Shown: positions 11,801 through 23,700 of the stretch, one piece after another
How the letters are laid out: each line of letters begins with the position of its first letter
Position numbering within the stretch: the stretch's first letter is position 1
NCBI GenBank assembly: GCA_903813345.2
Contig: CAIIXF020000001.1
Coordinates: forward strand, 18,910,001 to 18,974,000
Direction of reading: 5' to 3'
Length of the DNA: 64,000 nt
Source: Owenia fusiformis
Lineage: Eukaryota
Position numbers and translations under genes: made by a program
The notes under the pieces: generated by a model
What the model saw: the letters and a program-made list of their open reading frames with translations, nothing else
Database searches by the model: none
What the model was told of the DNA's origin: nothing

Positions 11801-13644
11801 CTATAACATAATTAAGAAAATATTCTATCTAGAGGGGATTTTATTGTTTATGTAATGCTGCTTTGTTTTAGTACCAATAACATAATAGGTTGTACGGTGG
11901 TGGGGGAAAATTTTGTCATTAGGTGTCCTTATACTGAATGTTAAAACCCTCCAAACTTGTAGCAACTGATAAGGTTCTGGTAAAATTCAAAACACCGAAT
12001 TTGCCTTTCCAGTTGCCAACCTTATGGAGGGGGACGTAGTTTTACTCGTACCTCATGCCATTCTCCATCATCGTATCGTGTGTTGGATTGTTTAAAGATT
12101 ATTTCCTTCTCTCCACAGTTTGCCATATAGACAAGTCTTCCTTCCTTCAGTGCTACAATTATCACACCTTTAGCTTCTGTTGTATGGAAGGCAACAATCG
12201 ACCCATCTGCCACTGTTGTTTTAAATTCAAGACCAAAAACACGACTAAAAAGAGAATTTGAATGAATATTCATTATTGTAATGATCCAGAATGCACAAAA
12301 GGAAAATTTGAAATTCTATACTATATGCATATTATAATTTTGTTCATCACAAATATTTTGCCTTTTTGTGTGTATGGATTATTGTGGTGTGTACACAGTA
12401 TTCAGAGCATTGAAATATCAGTTACTGCAAGATTGTGCATATCGGCTCAGATATCGGGTCTAGAGCAGACCCACCTTTCTTGATTGGATTCAGGATTTGT
12501 TATCTCATCATCCAAGATAAACTCCATTGGTTCAGCATCTAGTCCACCATCAAACATTGCACCATTTTCCTGAAGATCTGTTTTAAACAAGGTCTGAAAC
12601 AAAATGAGATATAACTTATAGCGTATTATCACTTGGTGCAAATAAGCCTAAATTTGCTGCAAATGTAGAAACAAAAAGCAGAAAACTGAAACAACAAATT
12701 GTTTCATAAACCACCATGTATACTGTGTATAAGCAAGATACATGTAGTCATTAAGATGTACTTCTGAATCAAACTTTAATTAATGTAATTTACTTTTATT
12801 GTTGTGACATTTTATTGTATTTCAGTTATTGTAAAATACATTTTGAAATTTAAAACTAAATTCATTCATGTAAACTAAAATGCTCAAATATGACAAATAC
12901 AGGGCTGAATGTAGTGCTATTGTAACTTAGGCTATACAAATTCGCATTTTATGAAGAATTAACAAATTATTGTTTATCACTGGTAAAGAAGAAATACAAT
13001 GTGTGATGAGATTAAAATGAAGTAAATTTTGTCTCTTATCAGCTGTTATCATTTAAAATAGCTTCAAATGTGTCCACTCAACATTTGTGACCACTTATTT
13101 ATATTCTCTTCAGTTTGTGTCTTCTGAATTAAAAAACAAAAAATAAACAGCTAACCTCATCGAAGAAGTCATTCAGTGGCCTGCTGATAAAATCAAATGA
13201 TTCCTCATCCTTAGCAAGACAGTTGCGCTGCGGGAATTTGTGGCACAGAAGTTTACCAGGCCATGGTCGTGCCCGAATCCTTAACATTCTTGCGCAGCTT
13301 TTGTACACATCTAAACACATGTCTCTGCAGGGCCTGGGTGACTTGATTACATCAGGGATTCCCATGGCTTCTACGTGGGTCTGGGAGCATAGTGGCACTT
13401 CCGTTGCACATATGAACTTGAGAAGATATGGAGAGCATTGAGAACGCAAGATTGGTGACATTTGTTGGAAGATTGTCAGTCTGTGCTGCCGTATGATCTC
13501 CACAGATGTTGAGTTGATTCCCCCAGCATATTGTAATTGTTTACAGAATGGTTGGACTATTGGATGACATTGATCCTCATCTCCTTGAACAAACAGTAAG
13601 ACAGCCAGCACCAGAAATGCACCAAAGAAACTCAAAATCTTCAT
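8856..13644 (-). CDS. Secreted protein: signal peptide + Frizzled cysteine-rich domain + single laminin G domain, about 359 aa
   Basis: Exons 13644-13156, 12593-12475, 12244-12052 (duplicate copy 10995-10803), 9485-9351, 8999-8856 with consistent phases (0,2,0,0). Signal peptide MKILSFFGAFLVLAVLLFVQG; CRD with 10 Cys (CHPI..FC, CSPYLLKFICA..VPLC, PCRDMC, WP..L.C.KFP); LamG motifs LEFKTTVADG, ALKEGRL, YDDGEWHEI, FTGCIRNV. Confidence 0.85.
9118..9319. mobile_element. hAT-like MITE (CAGGCCCGTAGCCAGG family)
   Basis: TIR caggcccatagccagg / cctggctccgggcctg, flanks aaatt/gaatt. Related partial copies at about 4974-5090, 6015-6217, 35701-35771 and 37415-37560. Confidence 0.75.
9726..10557 (+). pseudogene. 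Beta-1,3-galactosyltransferase (GT31) pseudogene, nested antisense in an intron of the CRD-LamG gene
   Basis: Intronless. Motifs IIKIAPNHKEHREIIRNTWG, DTYRNLTFKALMGLKW, YILNTEDNVFVN (degenerate KTDDDVFVN), YPNYCLG and WIDDVYVTG lie in different frames, with at least 3 frameshifts. Confidence 0.85.
9840..12336. repeat. Near-perfect 1249-bp tandem duplication (9840-11087 and 11089-12336)
   Basis: ORF translations repeat at an offset of exactly 1249. One substitution seen (10992 t vs 12241 a). Junction ...tattata-t-gcccctaat. Confidence 0.95.
11089..11806 (+). pseudogene. Second, 5'-truncated copy of the GT31 pseudogene
   Basis: Identical to 9840-10557 within the tandem duplication. Confidence 0.85.
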
Positions 13645-14046
13645 TCTTGTTTCACCCTGTATGTTCTTCTTGAATATGTAAAATTATTAGTATACTAAAA
13701 TTTAGAATTCTCAAAGTGAAAGTTGATTATGTTATCCTCAGACTTGTATTGTCCTTGTGTTCTGATGTCTAAAATGTCTGAGGAACTGAGTTCAAGTGAG
13801 GTTTTGTGTGATTTAAGGCTAGGCATAGATCCGCATTTTGTGGAAATTGAAATGACCTCAGAGCTTTAAATGAGAAATGTATTTGTAATGAACAAAACAA
13901 CTCCATTCTGGAAGTATTTTGTCATCATTTGTCAGATTTGATTAAGACTAGAGTATTGTGTTAAGGGATCTTCTGTGACAAAAACAACTGTTACAATGTG
14001 TTAAGTATTATATTTTACTAAGTCAGTCCCACATTATGAATCATAC

Positions 14047-14110
14047 AAGGCATTAACATACAAAATGTCACCACCTGCCATTTGTTTCAGTTGCCAACTG
14101 CGGAATGCCA
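14047..14110. repeat. Dispersed short repeat family (caaggcattaacat..caaaatgtcaccacctgccatttgtt)
   Basis: Copies at about 5431-5475 (inverted), 14047-14098, 19395-19440 and 22862-22940, with a related piece at about 60775-60820. Confidence 0.7.
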
Positions 14111-15166
14111 CCTGCTGAGCACAAAAAAGTTGGAGCAACAATATACATGTATCACTACTTTTGGTGGTCATATAAATCCATAAAAATAAGAAAAATCAAA
14201 CAAAAAATTTGAGATAATTGTTCAGTAATTTATTGAACATTTTCATCCACATATGAGATTATATGTAAAATACTAAGGTTCACTTTGACCTATGTGTTGG
14301 AAGCGCACTGTGCAACGTTCTTCAGGCTAAATGTGTTTTTCAAATAGTTCACTGGTCCCTATTCATATTGTATAACAATTGAATCTAATTTGCAGATTTG
14401 TAAGAATTATTAAATCAAACATTTGAGTCCATCTTTTTCTCGGGCTTGTTCTGTATCAAGCTACATTTCTTCATAATTGCCTAATTTGTATAAAGGCAGT
14501 TAGCACACATTGTGAAATACGATTACAACGCATCATGTCAAAATGAATTTTAGAATTATGATCAAAATACTACTATTTTAGTTTGAATAAAAGACCCTCT
14601 GCTGTCTAAATTTGGGGTCAAGGAGATTAAGTTATTTTTAAGGCAATATCCCTTAATAAACTGCATTTGAAATGACTAATGAAAAGCACCCTAATGTAAT
14701 TGTACCCAGTATTTCTAGCTTTATGTAGATTACATGTTTGCACATTAAAGCGATTTAAGCCAATCTGACATAACAAAATACTTATTTAAGTTCTATATAT
14801 TTATGTAGTTTTTATTTGTCATTTTTATTCAATATTCACCAGTGGATACTAAGTGAACCGTACATACATGAACAGCCTCTTTATTGAAGCAGAAAAAAAT
14901 TATCTGTTAACACATAGAAATATCAACCCATTTGCTGCAAAATTGGGTTTGAAGCATTTTCTCGGAATCAAATGGCCAATTACTGCAAAGAAATGTTTTC
15001 CTTTACTGCATTTCACTTAATAAATTGTTTATAGTATAAACTAAAATCCAAATGTTCTTCTCAATTATTGGAAATTAACATTGCTTTTTTACTGCAGAGA
15101 AGTTTCATCATTTTTACTGCATTATTCTCTAAATCATAATTTTTTTCATTAAGCAAAATCACTTTA

Positions 15167-15442
15167 ACTGCAATGGAAGATATCGTTCCATTTACTGCAA
15201 TGGAAGATGTCGTTCCATTTACTCCAATGGAGGATGTCATTCCATTTACTGCACGCAATGGAAGATGTCGTTCCATTTACTGCAATGGAAGATGTCGTTC
15301 CATTTACTGCAATGGAAGATGTTTCATTTACTGCAATGGAAGATGTCGTTCCATTTACTGCAATGGAAGATGTTGTTCCATTTACTGCAATGGAAGATGT
15401 CATTCCATTTACTGCAATGAAAGATGTCATTCCATTTACTGC
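15167..15442. repeat. 27-bp minisatellite, about 10 copies (tttactgcaatggaagatgtcgttcca)
   Basis: Direct reading; gives a spurious FTAMEDVVP repeat in the ORF track. Each unit contains the inverted repeat aatggaa-N7-ttccatt. Confidence 0.95.
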
Positions 15443-17763
15443 ATAACAAAATTGGACTCTACATTTTCAATATTTGCAAGTTAGGTAATACCAATAAACA
15501 GAATCTATACCTAACACACTGGTTTAGTATATTCATTGCACTGATTGCGCTGGTGCAATTTACTGGATTTAAGAATCCAAATCACAGTTCAAACAAGTTC
15601 AGTCCAGAATACAGAAGCTCCATATAATAGTGTAGTGTTGTGTTGTAGGCCTACACTATGCATGGATATATGCATACTGCAGGAGTAACCATTCTTAGTT
15701 TAAAGTTAAATAAATTACAATACAGCAGTTTAAATGACTTGTATTGTATCAGACAAAACAAAGGAAATTGAGTATTTCCAAATGTACTCTTGCACCAAAG
15801 CTCAAATCCTGCACCCCTTCCCTCTATTCTCCAACTAACCTTTCGCTAAATGGAATGAAGGGAGGGGGTGCTCAAGGAGTTGATACAACACTACCACACC
15901 GAAGACCTAACTAACAAAATGATCAATAAGCGATATACAGGATGTCCATAAAGCTTCTTTACACAGACTTTGTATTGTAACTTTGAAGTGACTTTACGGA
16001 CACCCAATATACACATAATTACACAGGGAACTGAAGATTAAATGCTATTCACTAACAATGGATAGTAATCACATTCAGTGTCCATTATACGCAGTCTTCT
16101 ACAATTCAGAAACTTGTAGACTTGAAAAACAGGACAAATCAAAAAACTAAAATATTCCAACTAAACTAACATTTAAATATGAAAATCTGTCCAGTCATAT
16201 TTATAACAAAATATAAAAATAAGTTTCACGATCTGAGCCTGGTCAATCAATACTAATAGTCTGTCCATCTTAACATGCTTGACATACAATGATAATTTGG
16301 CAAAACTCACTAGTACAGCTTTCCTGAAATACCTCTATTTACATAAACTAAAATAAATTATTACATAAGTAAAGAACAATCATAATTATGCAATTATGTT
16401 ATTTCTCCAGTAGACTAGCTTGCATCAACCCTTAATCCCAACTCTGTATTCCTAGCCTAAATGTCACATATAACCAATGTTTCAAGGAATTTGGAACAAG
16501 GGGAAGGATAAAAAAAGGATTTGATGCATAACTATTCACTTAAATGAACAAATTAAGTTGTTCTGGAAATTACAAGTCTACTTGGTATGAAAAACCTATT
16601 ATGGAAATGATGACAGAAATTGTAAAATATTGTTTTAATTCAAATTATTGATTTGCTATTGAAGAAATGAGGTGTTTTGTATGTTTTGTATAATACTGTT
16701 GTTTAAATATACAAAATATAAACATGAGATATGTACAGAGTACAAAAAGAAAAAACAGTCGCAGAACAAATATATATAAGTAGAAAGGTACATGTTCCTT
16801 CAATGCAGATAATTTGCGTGCTCTGATATAGTTCCTATTAGCACAGAAAAAATTTTCAGGTGAAAGACGCACACAGACAGTGTCAGAACAAAGTTCTAGA
16901 CTATGTTATATGCTCAAGAAACTATACAGTATAAATACGCCTACAGCTGCTAAACCTACATGGTAGATTGATTATCCAATAGGAAAACACATCAATATAA
17001 ACAATAGAAGCCCTACAATCCCAGAATTCATGAAAATCTGGGAGTGAAGTCCCTCCATCATGTCTATGATACTATATGACTTTACAACACTTCTTGTCGA
17101 ACTTCAGATTATACAAAAGCTACCAATCTCTGCCAAACAAGTATTCCATTAACAACATTTATTTGCCCAATGTGAATTTTTCTGACATGAACACTAACTG
17201 GATTTCAACATATAAAGCGTATATAAATATTTCCTTTTAATTATATAGTACAACTTTTAAATGGTAAACAAATATCAAAACTGGGATTTATTTACATCTG
17301 TGGTTTAATAGTATACAGCATGATTCAAACAACTTGTAACTTTTCATAAGCTAATCTTCATGATAAACAATGTTCCGTAATTACGACCATATGAAATATG
17401 AAAACATGGCATTACAAAATGCTCAATCAAAAATCTATTTACCACAATATAATTGCAGTTATGAGTCGTATAATTCTCTGGTACCCTGGGTAGTGGGTAC
17501 ATTAATCATTTTCCTGCTTTTTGGCCTGTAACATGATTTTCTTTTATTTATGATTTTTATGAAGCTTTTTGATCAATCATATAAGTATGAAGCACAATTT
17601 TTTCTATTTTTAAGTATCATTATGAAACATTTTCAGAGAATCGTGACCAAACACTGAAAAAACGAATGATTTCTTTGACTTTCCATGTATAAATATTTTA
17701 AATTCCAAATACAAATGCAACACTTGGACTGAAACTGCTAGCTCCTGTATAACCCTGACCCCG

Positions 17764-20700
17764 TCATTTTTTCTCCTCCTTCGCTTTCGAGTCCTTTTTC
17801 AATACATCCAGATCAATTTCGATATCGGGGAGCGGCTCCCGCCAATATGTAAATGTGCTATATTCCTTAGGTGCATGAAAATGCTGACCTGGTTCTGGTC
17901 CATCAACTGTATCATGTACAGGTGGGAAGAAGTGATCCACGACGTCATTGAGACCGGTATATGATGTCTGAAAGGTTTGCGAGAGTTCATGTTTCACCTC
18001 TCCACGGTGATTGATTGTGAAAATATGTGTACGAGGTATACCAACTGCTAAGTATGTCCAGACATCCTGGAATATAGATTTCATCAACATTTACAAAAAT
18101 GACTAACAATTACATGATGCATTGTTCTTTGAATAAATGCACAATTTGTGAGATGTTAATTTATAATTGTTTCTTCAAATTCACTGATTGTATAGTGATA
18201 TTTATGACATGAAAAACTGAAAATTAACTAAAATGTTATCGCACATTAATGAGCAGGTATGACCTTGATAAATAAATAAAATTAAAAACAGTTTCCGTAA
18301 AATGACCATCATACATTTTTTTCATCAATAGGACTGAAATGTATACTTACATTGACTTTGTTGCCATAGCCTGCATAGAATGGGTTCCTATTACTAGGAA
18401 AGAGAGTGGCAATATCTCTAAGACAGGCAATTTTGAACTCTTCAGGCTTCTTCTCAATCACCTCTCTGAAACAATACATTGGAACAACTGTTTAATCAAT
18501 GACTAAGGAACTCAGCATTTATTGCATCAGATTTTCTTCAGAATTATTCCTGTACAATTGTTTAAGTGGTTGAGTGCCAAAATGTTGATCATAGGCTTTT
18601 CAAAGTTATGATGTAAACTGCCAAGATCAGCCAAGAGAGCTTAGTATAGTATGGATCACATAGACACAGATTCTTTAGAATTACACAGGCAGGATTGTTA
18701 AACTAGTGAGCAATAAGAGCTGACCATGTCCCGTGTATGAATCACATTATCACAATGACATTATATTATATTCACTACAATGTACAAAAGAGCCAGGATG
18801 GCAAATCCCAGAGTCCAACAGTATTTTGATTAATTTCTCAGTTTATTTTTACATCAATGGCAGTATGTGTCCTTGCAAAACCAGAACTAAAGAAAAAGTG
18901 TAGACGAAACTTACTTCTGAAATGCAGTGACAAGAGAAGAAGGAGACAGGAACATGGGACCATCAGGCAATGCCAACTCCCCTTGGCGGATGCTCTTCAG
19001 ATAATCCCTGGTAATCTTGGACTGTCCTATGGCACGAGCAGAGAGGTACATGAACCTGTAGCCATTATTCTGCACTGATGTATATAGAGATGTAACACCA
19101 ATCTGGGACCAGTCTTTTCCTATCATTGGTAATACTTGGCCAAGCACATCCGACCTAGAGGAAGTAATATACATATATGCTTATAAAAATCAAAACTACA
19201 AATGTATGTTTTTATTTATGAGACTTAACATAAGTAACATTTTAAATACTAAAGTACATCATATCTTATTTCACTTTAAATTAAAAGGTTAACATTGTAA
19301 TGTCATTTTACCTTCTAATATGCACTAGAAAAGTACATATAGCAACAGAAATATTACAGTGATCAATCAAAAAGAATAAATATCAAAACAGGGTATTAGC
19401 ATGCAAAATGTCACCACCTGCCATTTGTTACAAACACCGAAAGCTAAACGCTGTCCACAAATAATTTGGAAACTATAACAATATGTCACCACTTGTGATG
19501 GCATAACAAACATTATACATAGAGATTGAATGCTCACTTGGTAATGGTCCCATCAATGTCAGAGACGATGATCTTGTCATTATAATTCCAGAGATAGATA
19601 TAGGAGGTGCAGCGACTGGTGCCCTGGTACTGTGTAGTAACTGAGTAAGTAACCTCATTGGGACCTTCCTTTAGGTTAAGGGCTCCCTGAGAAAAAACAC
19701 ATTTTCAAGTTATAAGGGGGAAGGATGAGAATTATGTTTTTCAAATTGTATACACATGTTCTGAATTCATTATATTGTATTTTATTTCAATGCAACATCA
19801 AATTCATGGAATTGAATATTAAACCAGACAGATTGGTCACTGCTAATTTACACTTTATAATTATTAGTAATATAGATAGATGGCATGACAATCTTAGTTA
19901 TATGAGTTCAATCTACTTGAATGAAAAACTGTTAATCAATTCCAAAGAATACTCAAAAACTCTAGATATTTTGATAGATAAATATATTTATGAAATAGGT
20001 AGGGCTAAAAGCACCAATATTAAGTAGCCCCAATCTAAAATTCTAATCAATACTTAATCTTAGCGTATTTTCATCCATTTTCAATATCCAACTCACCAGT
20101 TGTTCTGAGGTGAGCCTAACAGATTTTTTGAATGACTCGTGATGGTGATATTTATGTGGCACTTTAAGTCTGGATGTAGACTCCTCCAGCTTGGTAGTAT
20201 CTGATGGCACAGAGGTCCCTCTCTCACTACGATCTGACGTGTCACTCTCATCATCACTACTATTCGTAGATGTTGACTCATCTTTGGTCTCAGGTTTAGC
20301 TTTAGACCTAATAACAGAAATTTCATAATTCAGGCTTTATCTTAATGTAAAAATGGAACATGTGGTTTAATATTTCCATGTTTCATGTCCTTTTAGATAG
20401 GAAGGCTTTCGAGGATCTCTGGAAATTCCCAATAATGTTTGGAGCTCCACTACTTGAACATTTACTTTACTGTTTCGTTAGTACTATAAATGAATATTTT
20501 GCATATGGCTTACCGTTTCTGTTTCTGTGGTGTGTCAGGTGGACTTGAGGGGGCGCTGGAGGCAAGACTTGTCACATCATCCTGTAACACGTGGCAATAA
20601 TTTTTAAAGGTGCTTTCAGTCAATAGTTCAATGCAAGAAATCTCTTACTGAGATAAACTCTGCACATTAACTTTGAGCCTCTCAGTAAGTATTTCACTTT

Positions 20701-23700
20701 ATGGTATAGGTTGAGTATATGAATGGATTCCAGATGGCACAAAAATATGTTTGACAAAAAGTTGTAATGAGAGTTCCTATAAACTGATAGAAGTTGCAAC
20801 TTAGGTATTTGTTTGATATCTTGTTGTTTACCTTTTTCTCAGCTGCTAAGGGGTCTCTAGATTGCTTCGGGTTTTCACCACCTCTACCCCAGCCTGAGAA
20901 CCAACCCCGCCTTCGTTCAGGTTTCTTAGGCATGTGTTCTTTGATGAGGTCATTTACAACTTCCTAGAACCAAACCAAGATTTAAATTCAATTTATTTAT
21001 GGACAGATCACACTGGAAACCTGAAATTTTGGATGATAATAAATAATAATATTCTAACAAAACAGAGTAATAAAAACTAAACATTATTCACTTACCTCTG
21101 TCAAAGGTTTCTGGAAGACTAATACTGACATTAGAACTGGAGCTGCTATCTGCCAGTTGTAATACCTAGGAGCAAAATATAATAATATATAATATAGTAA
21201 ACAGTTTTATAGTAAAGGAAAATGAAAATCAAATTTTGGTCCCCTATTAATCAATGGTAAACAATTCATAGTGTTTATAGGCTCAAATGTTGGTAGCAAA
21301 TGAGCGCTGCACTCAATGAGATTCTGAACAGTGTTTGTTCCCGCTAAAAAAACCATTAGCCCATGAAAATTCAAAATTGTAAAAAATGAGTTTTGCAGTA
21401 CTATTAAAATATGAATTTCAATTTATGGCCTAGTCACATAGCCCGGCCGATGTCCGGCATCGGTAGAGCTCGGTGGATTTTTTTGGTGCCACCGAGCTCT
21501 CCTCATCGGAAGCAGAGCTCGGTGACGTGAACGGACTCTGTCCGGACATCTTCAGGGCGACCGACCGAACACCGGACGGTGACCATACGGAGTCTGTCTC
21601 AAAATGGTAGTTTTTTTCTACCGATGTGGCAGCAACTACCGGCCGGAGGTCGGCCGGACATCGGAAGGAATACGGCCGGTACCCGAGCAGGTAACAGGAC
21701 ACCATGCGATCGCCGGCCGGGTTGTTAACGGGCTTTGAACAGTGACCAGCCGATGCTCTGTCCCTCATAGGCCGGAGCTCGGTCGGAGCTCGGCCGCTGT
21801 CCGTTAAAAAAACCTCGTCCTCTGGTTGTCTCAGATGCATGGGACACCGGCCGGTGTTCGGCCGAGTTCGGTGAAAATTGCATCGCTGGCTCATCGTAAC
21901 CTCATCGGCCGGGCTATGTGACTAGGCCATTAGTACCCACTCGAGGAGAAAAATTTTGAGGAGAGCAATGAGTATTATAATCTACTTACTTATCTGCTAT
22001 TTTGATGACTAGTTTAGAATTGTTGAATATGTTTGGCTTGTTCTTGAACTCCTCAAAGGTGATGATATCTTGGTGGAACTTCTCTAGAGGTATATCTCCC
22101 TCATACTCATCTAGACCTCCACATAGAGACATGTACACCTCTGGCATGGAGCCACTGGAAATAAAATGCATTGCTGTTCATAAAAGATACAACACATGTA
22201 CACCTCTGGCATGGAGCCACTGGAAATAAAACGCATTGTTGTTCATAAAGATACAACACATGTACACCTCTGGCATGGAGCCACTGGAAATAAAACACAT
22301 TGCTGTTCATAAAAGATACAACACATGTACACCTCTGGCATGGAGCCACTGGAAATAAAACACATTGCTGTTCATAAAAGATACAACACATGTACACCTC
22401 TGGCATGGAGCCACTGGAAATAAAACACATTGCTGTTCATAAAAGATACAACACATGTACACCTCTGGCATGGAGCCACTGGAAATAAAACACATTGCTG
22501 TTCATAAAAGATACAACACATGTACACCTCTGGCATGGAGCCACTGGAAATAAAACACATTGCTGTTCATAAAAGATACAACACATGTACACCTCTGGCA
22601 TGGAGCCACTGGAAATAAAATGCATTGCTGTTCATAAAAGATACAACACATGTACACCTCTGGCATGGAGCCACTGGAAATAAAATGCATTGCTGTTCAT
22701 AAAAGATACAACACATGTACACCTCTGGCATGGAGCCACTGGAAATAAAACGCATTGCTGTTCATAAAAGATACAACACTACACTGCACTACGTTAACCC
22801 AAATGTCTTGAACATTCAAGAAAAGGGTTTGTAATATAAAGTATAATATTTAATTTGCCTAAACAAGGCATTAACATGACAAAATGTCATCAACAGTTAT
22901 TAGAAGTTGTAAGAATTTGTTACAGATGCCGACCGACGAATGCTGAACACTGCTCACAAAATGTGGTGATGACATAACAACTGCAAACTTACCTTGGCAA
23001 TGGAAAGTCTTCATGACGATGACCAAATTTTTCAGCACCTTCAATGGAAAGCGGGGAATGTGGAAGTGAGGCTCCTCGACCAGACTCGTTGTCCTCATCT
23101 TGTATGGTTCTCATATTACTGGAACTGAAATAAAAGGAATACAATACATTAAACATTAAAATAGTATGATATTTCCAATTAGACTCTATAACTTTTTGAA
23201 AAGTTTATTTATTGTGGTTCATGTTGGATTCGGTATTTTATATGAAACGAATGTTATATATTTCATAATTTTGAATAGGCACAATTATAAGTATTCAATG
23301 CACCAAACATGGGCACCATATATGCTCCCACCTTTTTGTATTATATAAGTAGAGTGCTGCTATTTCAGGGTCCATCTGGTCAAGACTGAGATCATCTAGG
23401 TAGATGCCTTCCTGCTCTGGCTGGTGACGCATCTTCTTGGTTTTACGCATGAAGTGGAATAAACCCCCTGTAGGCTTTTCTTCATCTGAAAATCAATTCT
23501 AATTTCTTTAAAAATTTGAAAAGTATCTCACAAATATAAGACAAATCAGAGTTATGTCAAAGTCAATTCTCATAAAATGGGTTCTCTCATAAATGGGTTC
23601 ATCTGTTTTACTTATTAGTTGGTACAATATTTATTTTATTAAATTGTTGTTTTTTAATTCGTGAACAGACCAAATATTACATGATTTGTCAATGGAAATA

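Noticed and set aside
13129-13644. Frizzled receptor, sFRP or collagen XVIII
   Set aside because: No 7TM, NTR or Gly-X-Y exons follow; the spliced product ends after one LamG domain.
15164-15484. Repeat-protein ORFs (FTAMEDVVP, CNGRCRSIY) or CRISPR-like repeats
   Set aside because: Translations of a spacer-less 27-bp minisatellite with frame-breaking indels.
21430-21894. 154-aa ORF
   Set aside because: Lies wholly within a GC-rich Harbinger MITE; no transposase or other motif.
22107-22755. Family of small Cys-rich ORFs
   Set aside because: Artefact of the 65-bp array cycling through three frames.
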